DNA of 64,000 nt from Nanobdellati archaeon (GCA_019429125.1 JAHYJO010000001.1:64001-128000), one strand, 5' to 3'; shown: positions 39,069 through 49,132, counted from the first letter of the stretch. Notes: a model not told the origin generated them from the sequence alone. Numbers and translations are program-made.

Positions 39069-40208
39069 ATGGATAAAATAAAGGCAAAATTGAAGCAGAT
39101 GCCATCTGATTTTGTTGTGAAAGAGATATTACCTGATAAGCGCATTCTTGATATTAATACCCAATTTGATTATCCAAATGAGGGAAATACTTTACATTGT
39201 ATACTTAAAAAAGAGGATTTTGATCAGTTCCGCGCTGTAGGCATCATTGCATCTGAATTGGGAATTGCTTCAAAAGATGTTGCTATATGTGGAACAAAGG
39301 ATAAGATAGCGCATACAACACAGAGAGTGTCTATTAAAGGGTGTAAGAGTGTTGATATAGATAAACTTGTGTTGGGCGACATAAGTATTAAATATCTTGG
39401 CAGAGGGCCTGAATTGCGCATTGGTGAGCTTTACGGCAATCACTTTGAGATTGTTTTGAGAGGCATTGATATAGATAAAGAGGAACTCTCAAAATATCTT
39501 CAAAAAATAAAAGACAATCCTAAATTTCCCAATCATTTCGGTGAGCAGAGGTTTGGGTCTATAAGACCTATATCACACATTGTAGGAAAACATGTAATTC
39601 TTGGTGATTTTAAGGGTGCTGTGCTTGATTATATCTGTCTTTGCTTTCCTCGGGAGTCTGAAATGATACAAAAAGCCAGAATTAAGGCAAAGAGTGACAT
39701 TAAGGCTGCTCTTGAACTGTTTCCTAAGTCTTCATATTATGAGCGGGTGATGATGTCTCATCTGATTGAGAAACCAGAGGATTATCGTGGTGCCTTTTTT
39801 AGGTTGCCACCCAATCTTCAGAAACTTATGGTGCACGCTTATCAGTCATATCTTTTTAATAGGATTTTAGATAAAGTAATAGCTTCAGGTTTTGGTAATC
39901 GTATGCTTGAGATACCTCTGTTCGGGTTTGGGATGAACATACCAAAAGATCCTAAATTAGTTGCTATAATGCGCGAGGTCCTTAAGGCAGAGAATATTAG
40001 TCTTGGTAATTTTAGGGATGATTCTTCAAGACAATTGGGGTCAAAAGGTGGTCGCAGAAAGGCATTTCAGACTGCAGAACAATTTAAGGTTGTAGAAATC
40101 GGTGACGATGAACTTAATTTAGGAAAAATAAAATGTAAAATATCTTTCTCGCTTCGTAAAGGGACATATGCAACTGTTTTTTTAGGTAATAATTTTGACT
40201 TGTCTTGA
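39069..40208 (+). CDS. truD: tRNA pseudouridine(13) synthase TruD
   Basis: PSDFVVKE, GTKDK.A.TTQ, GNHFEI, PNHFGEQRFG, HAYQSYLFN, KGTYAT. Confidence 0.93.
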   Translation: MDKIKAKLKQMPSDFVVKEILPDKRILDINTQFDYPNEGNTLHCILKKEDFDQFRAVGIIASELGIASKDVAICGTKDKIAHTTQRVSIKGCKSVDIDKLVLGDISIKYLGRGPELRIGELYGNHFEIVLRGIDIDKEELSKYLQKIKDNPKFPNHFGEQRFGSIRPISHIVGKHVILGDFKGAVLDYICLCFPRESEMIQKARIKAKSDIKAALELFPKSSYYERVMMSHLIEKPEDYRGAFFRLPPNLQKLMVHAYQSYLFNRILDKVIASGFGNRMLEIPLFGFGMNIPKDPKLVAIMREVLKAENISLGNFRDDSSRQLGSKGGRRKAFQTAEQFKVVEIGDDELNLGKIKCKISFSLRKGTYATVFLGNNFDLS

Positions 40209-40211
40209 AAT

Positions 40212-40646
40212 TTATTTGTTTGCTCTAATTATCCATGCTGTATATGTTTCATTGTTGCCTAAATCACAGTCACATCTGCAGTGTTTTTCGGTATTTGCAT
40301 CTATGAACGGGTCAAGGTCAGTCGGTTTTTCTGATGGGTAGCATGAACAGTCATAGTTTAAGTCAGGGTGGTTTTGTATTGCAAGACATTGTTCTTTTGC
40401 AAAACTATTGTTGTAGCTTGTAAACATTATCCAGCCAGTACCAAGTATAAGTATAATAAATATCGTAATGACTATGGTTTTTGTAAAGTCTTTTTTTGGT
40501 ATTTCGTCTTTTTGAGAAGTCTTGTTTTTTGTATCTGTCTCTTTAGTCTCAATTACTTTTTTATTGATATCTTTTTTTTGAGTATTTTTAAGTTTATTAT
40601 CATTATCTTCAATTTCTTTTTCGGTGGTATCTTTTTCCCCCATCAT
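40212..40646 (-). CDS. small single-pass membrane protein with Cys-rich ectodomain
   Basis: Charged N-terminus, TM, C...CSC...CRCDC. Confidence 0.7.
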   Translation of the reverse strand: MMGEKDTTEKEIEDNDNKLKNTQKKDINKKVIETKETDTKNKTSQKDEIPKKDFTKTIVITIFIILILGTGWIMFTSYNNSFAKEQCLAIQNHPDLNYDCSCYPSEKPTDLDPFIDANTEKHCRCDCDLGNNETYTAWIIRANK

Positions 40647-40684
40647 GTATCACATAAAATATTGTAAGTATATAAGTATTTGGT

Positions 40685-41386
40685 TTATTGGTATATATTA
40701 AAGATGGTCTCAAGTTCGTCTTTTTCGACAAAACCTTTTCTTATAGTGTCAAAATTGATTATCATTGCTGGTAAATTATCTATATCTATATTGTAGCTAT
40801 TACGTATTGTGCTTATCAATGGGTCTTTATCATATTCACCGTCTATTGATAGAACTACAAGTTTTCCGTGTTTTTTGTATCCGTTTTCTTGTTTTGTGTC
40901 ATCATTGTATTTTTTTACAAATTCGTCAAGTATGTATCCTTGTATTTCTGAAGTTTTATCATCTATCTTGTAAAAATACAGTATAGGTGTATACTCATCT
41001 TTGCATGAATCCTGATAGTTGTGTATATGATTATAAAATTTTATTTCCATCAGGAAATATCTGCGTTTCAGGTATTCAAATTCTGTTTTTTTGAAATCAG
41101 ATGCACTACCGTATCGTTGCAGTTCACGGCCAGTCTCGCCAAGGTCTTTACTTATCATTTCTATTCTAGGGGTTAGTATCTTACAATCTATGTTTCCTAT
41201 GTTTTCTAAAAATATCCATTCTATATTATAGCTTTCACTGTTTAGTTCATTGTCTTTTATTATGTTTAATACTTCATTAGTCCTGTAATTGTCAAGAACC
41301 CAACCTATCATGATACCGCTTGTGAAGATGACTATTGCTGCTATAAGGCTTGTTATAAATATGTGTTTTATGTATTGTTCTTTCAT
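40685..41386 (-). CDS. membrane-anchored protein with degenerate thioredoxin-like C-terminal domain
   Basis: N-terminal TM, helical middle, ILYFY...QGYILD...P.MIIN. Confidence 0.65.
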   Translation of the reverse strand: MKEQYIKHIFITSLIAAIVIFTSGIMIGWVLDNYRTNEVLNIIKDNELNSESYNIEWIFLENIGNIDCKILTPRIEMISKDLGETGRELQRYGSASDFKKTEFEYLKRRYFLMEIKFYNHIHNYQDSCKDEYTPILYFYKIDDKTSEIQGYILDEFVKKYNDDTKQENGYKKHGKLVVLSIDGEYDKDPLISTIRNSYNIDIDNLPAMIINFDTIRKGFVEKDELETIFNIYQ

Positions 41387-41442
41387 TTAAAGTCCTCTGT
41401 TTTTGATTATGATATTAATTTCATCAGATATATTTAAAAATG

Positions 41443-42690
41443 CTACCATACTCGTTTTGATTTGCGTAATTCAAGAATTAAGGAACATATCCAGCTTAGA
41501 GTTACAATCCATGAATATACGGTGAGGAATAGTAAAAATGCTATTATAGATTTAGGGGATAAATCTATTTTATTTTCTATAAGTTTGTGTGCTTTATACA
41601 TCATGTATAATCCAATTGCTGTTATTATTAATAGTGGTATTGTTATCTTAAAATTTATGGTCAATAATGTTTGTTTTATTGTGAGTATATCTATTAGATT
41701 AAGTATTGAGGTCTCTGCAATTATTGTTCGTTGATATATGTATTTTAACCAAGTAAATATGCCATTAAAGACAATTGTTGTGGTTAAGAATACTATAAAT
41801 ATTCCTAGTATATTAAGGGGTAGCATGAATAGTCCTAAGAGCCCGAATTCTTTGTTTAAATGCATGTGTTTGTATTTTCGTGCATTATATATGTAACCTC
41901 TAAACCATCTGATTCTTTGACGCATCAATGCTTTAAACGTGTCTGGTGCATTCGTGTGTGTTATGCTTCTAATCTCAAATGCGATGTGTTTATGTTTGTT
42001 GTGGAGGCGTAATGCAATTTCTAGGTCTTCAGTTATGTTGTCAGCTTCATCAAAATAACCTTCAGTTTTGAGGTCTTCTGTCCTGTATACACTTAAGACA
42101 CCAGGGGTTACGTACATACAGTTTATGAATGAATATAATGTTCTAAATATTGCTGCATACATGTATTCAAATACTTGAATTTTTTCAATAATTTTTTTGT
42201 GATTTCTAATTAATATACTGCTTGAGCAACCTGATATTTCTTTCTTTCTGAAATGTTGGACAAGGCGTATTACTGATTCTTTTTCGATGTATGAATCAGC
42301 ATCTACACAGGCGAACAATTCTTTTTTTGATCTTTTTAGTGCAACATTTAATGCATGGCCTTTGCCATGATTTTTTGTGCTTATGACTATTACGCCTTCT
42401 TTTTTGTATTTTTTTGCGATTTTTGCAGTGTTGTCTTTTGAGCCGTCATCTATTACAAATATTTCGTATCTGTCTTTGGGATAGTCTATATTTAATATTG
42501 ATTCTATTGTTTTTGCTATTGTAGTCTCTTCATTATAGGCTGGGATTGTGAAAGTTATTGAGGGGTAATAGCCTTTTTTAGGTTTAATACTTTCTTCAAT
42601 CTCTTTTTTACTTAGAAAAAGTAGATTTATCCAGATGATTGAAATGTATAATCCTATGAATGAAATTATGAGCATGACGTATTCAAGCAT
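41443..42690 (-). CDS. processive GT2 glycosyltransferase (cellulose synthase/PgaC-like)
   Basis: PAYNEE, DDGSKD, GKG.ALN, DAD, TED, QRIRW; N- and C-terminal TMs. Confidence 0.9.
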   Translation of the reverse strand: MLEYVMLIISFIGLYISIIWINLLFLSKKEIEESIKPKKGYYPSITFTIPAYNEETTIAKTIESILNIDYPKDRYEIFVIDDGSKDNTAKIAKKYKKEGVIVISTKNHGKGHALNVALKRSKKELFACVDADSYIEKESVIRLVQHFRKKEISGCSSSILIRNHKKIIEKIQVFEYMYAAIFRTLYSFINCMYVTPGVLSVYRTEDLKTEGYFDEADNITEDLEIALRLHNKHKHIAFEIRSITHTNAPDTFKALMRQRIRWFRGYIYNARKYKHMHLNKEFGLLGLFMLPLNILGIFIVFLTTTIVFNGIFTWLKYIYQRTIIAETSILNLIDILTIKQTLLTINFKITIPLLIITAIGLYMMYKAHKLIENKIDLSPKSIIAFLLFLTVYSWIVTLSWICSLILELRKSKRVW

Positions 42691-42708
42691 ATTGGTTCAC
42701 TTTTGTTT

Positions 42709-43047
42709 TCAATAAAGTTTTAGATAGCCTGTTATCTTGTCTATCTTTTCATCAGTATCAGGGCCTATGGCAAGTGCTGTGATTGTTCCTGATGGTACTT
42801 CTGTCTTTCCTGCATCGCGTATCAGTGCGGGTTTCATCTTTTCTGCGTTTGCTTTGTTGAATAGGTCTATAATATCTTTTTCGCTATCTATTTTTAGGAC
42901 TACTTTTTTTTGGCCTTGCATTTCCCATATATTTTTGTTTTCTGCTGGTGCTTTCTTGTAGGCTTCAAGGGATGCGTGGCTCGCTTGGGCTGCCATCTTT
43001 CCTTTTCCCATATTCAAATCTTTTCGGATTATGATTGCTTGCTTCAT
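42709..43047 (-). CDS. pth2: peptidyl-tRNA hydrolase Pth2
   Basis: RKDLNMGKGKMAAQASHA, KKVVLK, DAGKTE, IGP. Confidence 0.95.
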   Translation of the reverse strand: MKQAIIIRKDLNMGKGKMAAQASHASLEAYKKAPAENKNIWEMQGQKKVVLKIDSEKDIIDLFNKANAEKMKPALIRDAGKTEVPSGTITALAIGPDTDEKIDKITGYLKLY

Positions 43048-43117
43048 AGTATTTATTTTGAAAAACTAACTTTTTAAATGCTATGTTTATATAGTTATTT
43101 TATGTTAATTAATTGGT

Positions 43118-43915
43118 ATGGCTGGTAACTTAAGCAGTTTTATTAATGAGCAGATAGTGTATCCTCTTTTGAATGATAATCCTTATTATACACTTGGTGA
43201 AACTGTTCTTTATGGGTTGGCATTTCTTTTTTTCGTGTGGTTGGCATCAAAGTTTTTTGAGAAGATGAAGATTGATATTGGTCTTAAGTTTTTGGTCGGT
43301 TGGTCTGGGTGGATACTTATAATGGCTGGAACACGGGTTTTAAAAGATCAAGGTGTTCTTACCTCTCTTATTTTTATTACACCTTTTAATGATGTCTTTT
43401 TTGTATCTATTGCATTTTCATTGATGTTTATTCTTAAGATTTTAGAGAAAAAAGGTGTTGTTGACTTTTATTCTGTTTGGATGCGCTTGCCTTATGTTTT
43501 GTTTATTCCAATATTATTCTATCTGTCTTATTCAAATATTATTGGAGGGTTCTATATATTTTTTATATTTTCGGTGTTTATGAGTTTATTGTATTTGGTG
43601 CGCAAGAAGTTTTCATATATATTGTCTTTTGAAAATATGGTTGCGATGGCATCTCATATTCTTGATGCATCTGCTACGTTTGTTGCTATGTCTTTTTTTG
43701 GTGCTTTTGAGAAACACATAGTGCCTAATATATTTATTGGTACATTTGGCCCTATTGCCATGTTTCCTTTAAAAATAATTGTTGTTGGGTTTGTGCTTTA
43801 TTATATTGATAAAGAAGTTGATAATGATTATGAAAGGCGATTTTTTAAGTTGATGATATTTTCTTTAGGGCTTGGTCCAGGGCTTCGCGGACTGATACAA
43901 GTTATGGGGTACTAA
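43118..43915 (+). CDS. DUF63-family membrane protein
   Basis: R.LKD, ITP, HILDASATF, EKH.VP, LGLGPGLR. Confidence 0.85.
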   Translation: MAGNLSSFINEQIVYPLLNDNPYYTLGETVLYGLAFLFFVWLASKFFEKMKIDIGLKFLVGWSGWILIMAGTRVLKDQGVLTSLIFITPFNDVFFVSIAFSLMFILKILEKKGVVDFYSVWMRLPYVLFIPILFYLSYSNIIGGFYIFFIFSVFMSLLYLVRKKFSYILSFENMVAMASHILDASATFVAMSFFGAFEKHIVPNIFIGTFGPIAMFPLKIIVVGFVLYYIDKEVDNDYERRFFKLMIFSLGLGPGLRGLIQVMGY

Positions 43916-43917
43916 AT

Positions 43918-44051
43918 ACAGGCTTCAGAATTATGGAACTAAAGTTCCAAGCTTTTAAGTAAGCTGAAAAAGCCCGGGTATCTTTATGATACGACCTTAA
44001 CAAAGGTTGACCATGTGAGCGCATTGACTTTCAGTCAACGCACATGTCTGT
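43918..44051. other. multi-hairpin structured element (ncRNA or non-autonomous IS200/IS605-like element)
   Basis: Five hairpins closed by ACAGG/TCTGT, GC-richer than the flanks. Confidence 0.55.
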
Positions 44052-44104
44052 TTTTTTTGTATGTAATTAGAATATGATTTAATTCGTTAAAAATTAAAAA
44101 GTAA

Positions 44105-44177
44105 TGGGTCGAGCCAGATTTGAACTGGCGACCTTCGCCTTGTAAGGGCGACGTCATAGCCACTAGACTACCGACCC
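44105..44177 (-). tRNA. tRNA-Val(TAC)
   Basis: GGGTCGG acceptor, TCGCC-CT-TAC-AA-GGCGA, GTTCAAAT. Confidence 0.95.
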
Positions 44178-44245
44178 AAAGTAGAAGTGCTAAGTATCTT
44201 TTTTTGCGACAACTTTATATGCTTTTATATTTTTGTGGGTAAATT

Positions 44246-44845
44246 ATGGTCATGCTTACTCTTGAACAAGGTGCAAAGCTTGTAAAATATGCAAGATTGT
44301 CGATAAAGGATTATCTGTCTGGCGGTGCGTTAGAAGTTAAAGATTTTTCGTTTGCGCGTGATAAACAGGGTGTATTTGTGACTCTCTTGACATATCCCGA
44401 AAAGGAGCTTCGCGGGTGTATCGGGTTTCCTGAACCAGTTTTACCCCTATATGACTCTATATCTAAAGCGGCAGTATATGCTGCGGTTGATGATCCGCGA
44501 TTTATTGAATTGTCTTTGGTTGAGTTGGATAAAGTTATTGTTGAAATATCTGTCCTTACGGTTCCTGAAAAGATAGTGTTGTCTGATACAAAAAGGTATG
44601 AGGATAAGATAACAATCGGTAAAGATGGGTTGATAATTCGGCGCGGGAATGTTTCAGGGCTTCTTCTGCCACAGGTGCCTGTTGAATTTGGCTGGGATAA
44701 GAAACAGTTTCTTGCGCAGACTTGTGTCAAGGCAGGGCTTCCTTCTGATTGTTATCTTTTGTCTGGTGTGGGTGTATACCGGTTTCAGGCGCAGATATTT
44801 TCTGAAGAGAGTCCTTATGGTGTTGTAGTTGAAAAAATACTTTGA
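44246..44845 (+). CDS. amrA: AMMECR1 domain protein (AmmeMemoRadiSam protein A)
   Basis: GVFVTL, LRGCIG, DPRF, EISVLT, GLLLPQV, KAGL. Confidence 0.92.
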   Translation: MVMLTLEQGAKLVKYARLSIKDYLSGGALEVKDFSFARDKQGVFVTLLTYPEKELRGCIGFPEPVLPLYDSISKAAVYAAVDDPRFIELSLVELDKVIVEISVLTVPEKIVLSDTKRYEDKITIGKDGLIIRRGNVSGLLLPQVPVEFGWDKKQFLAQTCVKAGLPSDCYLLSGVGVYRFQAQIFSEESPYGVVVEKIL

Positions 44846-44848
44846 TTT

Positions 44849-45984
44849 TTATTGAATTAATACATTATTATAGGGATAGTCATAATCACTTCCAGATATA
44901 TTTATCTTGTTAATCTCATTCAGGTTGTTAAGTCCATTTATCTTTATTAGGCCATCTGATATGGTATATAGAAAATCACCAATGTATAATGATCTTTTTA
45001 TCGAGTATTTTGAGCCATAATAATACCAGTTGTTATTGTCTATATTTTCATCTTCATCTGAGTGGGTGATTCTGTCTCTTAATTGTATGCCGTTATTTGT
45101 GTCAATGTTGAATACGTACGCGCCTTGCCATTTATATTCACCATAAGCCCAACTAGGTATTTCATCTTTATATTGACTTTTGTCAATTTCAGCTAAAAGT
45201 ATTGGTATTACAAGCAGGTTTTTTTCTTTGTCAAACAGGAATGCTTTAGGGTCTTGTAGTGCGTATGAATCTGTGCCACGGTCACCTATTTCAAATTTAG
45301 ATATCTCTATTGGGGTATCTATGTATGTCACGTCAAAAAGCGCAATTTTTACTCCTGTATACCATGCAAAGTCGCCAGTTTTTGATGCTATTGCTTCTTT
45401 ACCTATTCCGATTATATGATTTTTATCATATGGATGAAGATAGTCTGAGGATCCTGGTATCTTTAATTTTCCTGCGACTGTCGGTTTTGTTGGGTCTTTA
45501 AGGTCTATTACAAATAATGGGTCGACTTTTTTGAATGTGACCATGTATGCTGTGTCACCCATGAACCTTGCTGAGTATATGCTTTCACCAGGTGCTAAAT
45601 CTTCTACTTTTCCTATTATATTCATTTTTTCATCAAGGACATATAGGTTGTTTATTGTAGTGGGTAGGGTTGGTCTTGATTTTACTATCTGTGTCGGTGC
45701 TATTTTTTGTGCGATTGCTATTGTTGATTCAGTGTTCGTTTGAGTATCTGTTATTGATGATGTGGATGTCATTTCTTGTTGACTATTAGATACTACAGTT
45801 GCAGTATTTAGAATTGCTGGAACCATTGTTCTTGTCTGTGTTCTAATTCCCATACTCACATTATTTACTCTAACAGTGGTTCCTATCCTGAAATATTCGT
45901 TGTGTTCATCTATCGAAAATTGGTTGAGTGGGGTACCAGGAACTTCTCCCGAATCTTCATAGTTTATATTTCCATCCTTTATTC
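44849..45984 (-). pseudogene. 5'-truncated secreted beta-propeller protein (COG4880-like)
   Basis: Frame open to the MITE edge (GEVPGTPLNQFSIDE..YFRIGTT; ESIYSARF, VTFKKVDPLFVIDL, LKIPG.SDYLHP); no signal peptide or N-terminal half. Confidence 0.8.
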
Positions 45985-46152
45985 TGCACTGTTCAAAAAG
46001 GGAGTGATTTTAAATATTTTTTAAATATTGTTTGTTTATAAACTCTGGCAGAAAACCCTTTAATATATACATTTCACGCAGAATTAAAAAAGAAATGAAG
46101 GTATTTAATTAACTACATTTTGTTTGAAATCACTCAAAAAATGAACTGTGCC
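45985..46152. mobile_element. 168-bp MITE copy 2 (no TSD)
   Basis: ~13 mismatches relative to the 30229 copy; flanks CTTTATTC / GGTTTTGT differ. Confidence 0.92.
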
Positions 46153-46221
46153 GGTTTTGTTCGGGTGTTATCCCTAAAGAATTTGGTGATTTTTTGGTTT
46201 TTAATTATAAATAAAGGTTAA

Positions 46222-46347
46222 TGCAGGGGAGGGGATTCGAACCCCCGAACTCCTACGAGAGTGGATCTTGAGTCCACCGCCTCTTGCCGAATGATACCCC
46301 TTAATACATTTAAGGTATGTTCTTTGACCAGGCTGGGCGACCCCTGC
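46222..46347 (-). tRNA. tRNA-Leu(CAA) with a 41-nt D-loop intron (46283-46323)
   Basis: Removing the intron gives GCAGGGGTCGCCCAGCCTGGTCAAAGGCGGTGGACTCAAGATCCAC...GTTCGAATCCCCTCCCCTGCA; relaxed BHB at the junctions. Confidence 0.88.
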
Positions 46348-46349
46348 AT

Positions 46350-47039
46350 CTACAAATTTTCAATCTCGGTCTTTAGTTTTGTAATCTCTGATTGTAAATT
46401 GTCAAGGTCTGCGTCAGTTGCTTGGATATTTATGGTTGACGGACTTGAAAATTCTTTTGGAGTTACAAGATTGCTGTCAATGTTCTCTAGTTTTTCGTCA
46501 AATACATTTAACCGTGTTTCTATTTTTTCGACAGCTTCAGATTTAAGCTTTTCGGCTTTGTTTAGAAGAGAAATAGTTTCAAGCATCTTTTTCATCTCAA
46601 TACGGGTGTTATGGATATCATCAGTAATCTCTACGTGCCTATCGATTTTTACAAAAAGTGCAGAATTAGCTGCGGAGGTTGGTGCAGGAGCTCTTTGTGT
46701 CGGGACATTTGGTTTCTGTGTCTGTTCAATTGGTTGCTGAGGTCGTGGTTGTTGTGGTATCAGATTTGATTGGGTTGGGTGAGTATGGTCCATATTCATG
46801 TTTTGTGCAAATGCTTGTGGTCTTGGTTGTGGGGGGATGTTTGATTGTGGTAATATAGACTTTGGCTGTATAGGTGGTATAGTTGTTTGTGCTCTTGGCA
46901 TTTCTGGTTGTCTTTCCGGATTTTGCATATATTGTGCCTGTCCTGTTGATGTAAGTGGCTGATTTATAGGAGCATGACTGTGATCAAAATCTATTCCTAT
47001 TGCCTTTTTTAGCCTTTCAATATTTTCGTTTGAAACCAT
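46350..47039 (-). CDS. hypothetical protein, Pro/Gln-rich linker plus coiled coil (LFVKID motif)
   Basis: GGTGA SD; low-complexity N-terminal half, heptad C-terminal half. Confidence 0.75.
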   Translation of the reverse strand: MVSNENIERLKKAIGIDFDHSHAPINQPLTSTGQAQYMQNPERQPEMPRAQTTIPPIQPKSILPQSNIPPQPRPQAFAQNMNMDHTHPTQSNLIPQQPRPQQPIEQTQKPNVPTQRAPAPTSAANSALFVKIDRHVEITDDIHNTRIEMKKMLETISLLNKAEKLKSEAVEKIETRLNVFDEKLENIDSNLVTPKEFSSPSTINIQATDADLDNLQSEITKLKTEIENL

Positions 47040-47153
47040 AAGTTCACCTTTTATTATCTTATTTATGTTTTGCTTATATATATCTTTAATCTTTGTGCGG
47101 TTTTTATGTGCATCTGATTCAACTTATTAATATATCATTGAATAATTAATCAT

Positions 47154-49073
47154 ATGCCAGAATTGTCAAGTTTTGATTTTAAGATACTCGCTGAGGAGCT
47201 ACAGTTTTTATCAGGGGGGAAGATACAGAAGATATATCATGAGGGTAAGCATCTTCATATGTCTATCTTTGTCAAAAGCGGTGGGACTAACATGCTCATA
47301 ACAGGAGATGGTAAGTTCTTTACGACACCGCATTCATTGAAACATAAGTTGCGACCGACTGGTTTTTGTATGTTTTTAAGGAAACGGCTTTCAGGGCAGT
47401 GGATTGATAGCATAAAGCAAATTGGTTTTGAACGTATAATTATTATTGAGACACAGGATTATAGGATATATCTTGAGCTTTTCAGGAATGGTAATACTAT
47501 AATAACTGACAAAAATGATAAGATTGTGTCTGTCATGTCTGTGCAGATATGGAAAGACAGGGTGCTTAAGGCAAATGAGATATATAAGATGCCACCTGTG
47601 TCAATTGATATTTTGGGTTTAAATATTGATAGTTTTTCACTTGTATTGTCAAAGTCATCAAAGAATATCATATCGTTTCTTGCGCGTGATATGAGTCTTG
47701 GGGGTAACTATGCAGAGGAAGTGCTTACTGATGCGAAAATGGACAAGGATTTGATTGCAAAAAAGTTAGATGCCACACAGACTAAAAAGATATTTAAGGC
47801 AATGTCTTCTCTTTTCAAAAGAAAAAAAGAACCTCGTCTTGTCCTTGAAAAAGAGAAGTATTTGGACATGTCATCTTTTTCTTTGGTTAAATATGTAAAT
47901 TATGAAACTAAAATGTTTGACACTCTAAATGAGGTAGCAAGTGAGTTTTATGTGTCACAGATGGAACTTGAGGATGAGAAAGAGACTACAATAAAAACAG
48001 ATAAGGTGATGGGGTCTCTTGAACACAGGTTAAAGACACAGGATGATGCTCTTTTGACTGTCAACAAAAATATTGAGGATTCTACCCGAAAAGCTGAGAT
48101 GATATATTCTAATTATAATGTACTGGATGAGATGATTAGGCAGGTAAATGAAGCATGCAGTCTGAAAGGCTGGGACTTTGTGCAGAAAACTATCAGGTCT
48201 GGCAAGATTGACAAGATAAAAAGTATCGATATGAAAAACAAGATAATGGTCGTTGATTTTGGCGAGAAACTGAATATATATCTTGAAAAGCCATTGAACT
48301 ATAGCGCTGAAGTATATTACCAAAAAGCAAAAAGGTCAAAGCAGAAGATACCAGGCATTCAAAAATCTATGGGTCTGACTAAAGACAAGATTGAAAAATC
48401 TGAAGTAGAGACGGTTAAAAAACATAAACCTAATGTTAAAAGAGTGCTGAAGAAGAAAGAATGGTTTGATAAGTTCCGGTCTTTTACGTCATCCACTGGT
48501 TTTCTTGTGCTCGGTGGGAAAGATGCGACTACAAATGAGATATTGGTCAAGAAACACACAGATGCAGAAGACATAATATTTCATGCAGACATTGCGGGGT
48601 CATCATTTGTCGTCATAAAATCCGACGGTAAAAAGGTTGATGATACTACAATTTCTGAGGCTGCGCAGTTTGCGGGGTCATATTCTAAGGCGTGGAAGAT
48701 GAAGGCAGGGACGGTTGATGTATTCTGGGTTGCGCCTGAGCAGGTGTCTAAACAGGCACCTACTGGTGAATATATTCAGAAGGGGTCGTTTATGGTGCGT
48801 GGCAAGAAAAACTGGGGGAAACCCGAATTGCGCGTTGCATTTGCGTTGATTGGGGATGAGCTTGTATGTGCACCTGTCGTTACAGTATCATCAAAAACTA
48901 AGAAATATGTTGCTATTGCGCCTGGGTACAAAAAATCAAAAGAGTTGGCGAAAGAGATAAGGACAAAACTATTTTTAGTCTGTTCAAAGGCTGAGCAGGA
49001 AATATTGAGAGAGATATCTGTTGATGATATACAGAAACATATACCTGCCGGAACTGGGGAAATATTGAAATAG
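47154..49073 (+). CDS. rqcH: ribosome rescue/RQC factor (RqcH/Rqc2, NFACT family)
   Basis: FCMFLRKRL, FERII, ELFRNGN, WFDKFR.F, GGKDATTNE, FHADI.G, GSFMVRGKKN. Confidence 0.9.
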   Translation: MPELSSFDFKILAEELQFLSGGKIQKIYHEGKHLHMSIFVKSGGTNMLITGDGKFFTTPHSLKHKLRPTGFCMFLRKRLSGQWIDSIKQIGFERIIIIETQDYRIYLELFRNGNTIITDKNDKIVSVMSVQIWKDRVLKANEIYKMPPVSIDILGLNIDSFSLVLSKSSKNIISFLARDMSLGGNYAEEVLTDAKMDKDLIAKKLDATQTKKIFKAMSSLFKRKKEPRLVLEKEKYLDMSSFSLVKYVNYETKMFDTLNEVASEFYVSQMELEDEKETTIKTDKVMGSLEHRLKTQDDALLTVNKNIEDSTRKAEMIYSNYNVLDEMIRQVNEACSLKGWDFVQKTIRSGKIDKIKSIDMKNKIMVVDFGEKLNIYLEKPLNYSAEVYYQKAKRSKQKIPGIQKSMGLTKDKIEKSEVETVKKHKPNVKRVLKKKEWFDKFRSFTSSTGFLVLGGKDATTNEILVKKHTDAEDIIFHADIAGSSFVVIKSDGKKVDDTTISEAAQFAGSYSKAWKMKAGTVDVFWVAPEQVSKQAPTGEYIQKGSFMVRGKKNWGKPELRVAFALIGDELVCAPVVTVSSKTKKYVAIAPGYKKSKELAKEIRTKLFLVCSKAEQEILREISVDDIQKHIPAGTGEILK

Positions 49074-49132
49074 TCGGTTTGATAGGTATTTCAAAGGCTA
49101 TTTATTTAAAGTTTTCATTCTATAGTGGTAGT

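Noticed and set aside
8930-49073. pelA, pth2 and rqcH as a ribosome-rescue cluster; amrS and amrA as an operon
   Set aside because: The genes are many kb apart with unrelated genes between; ordinary core genes
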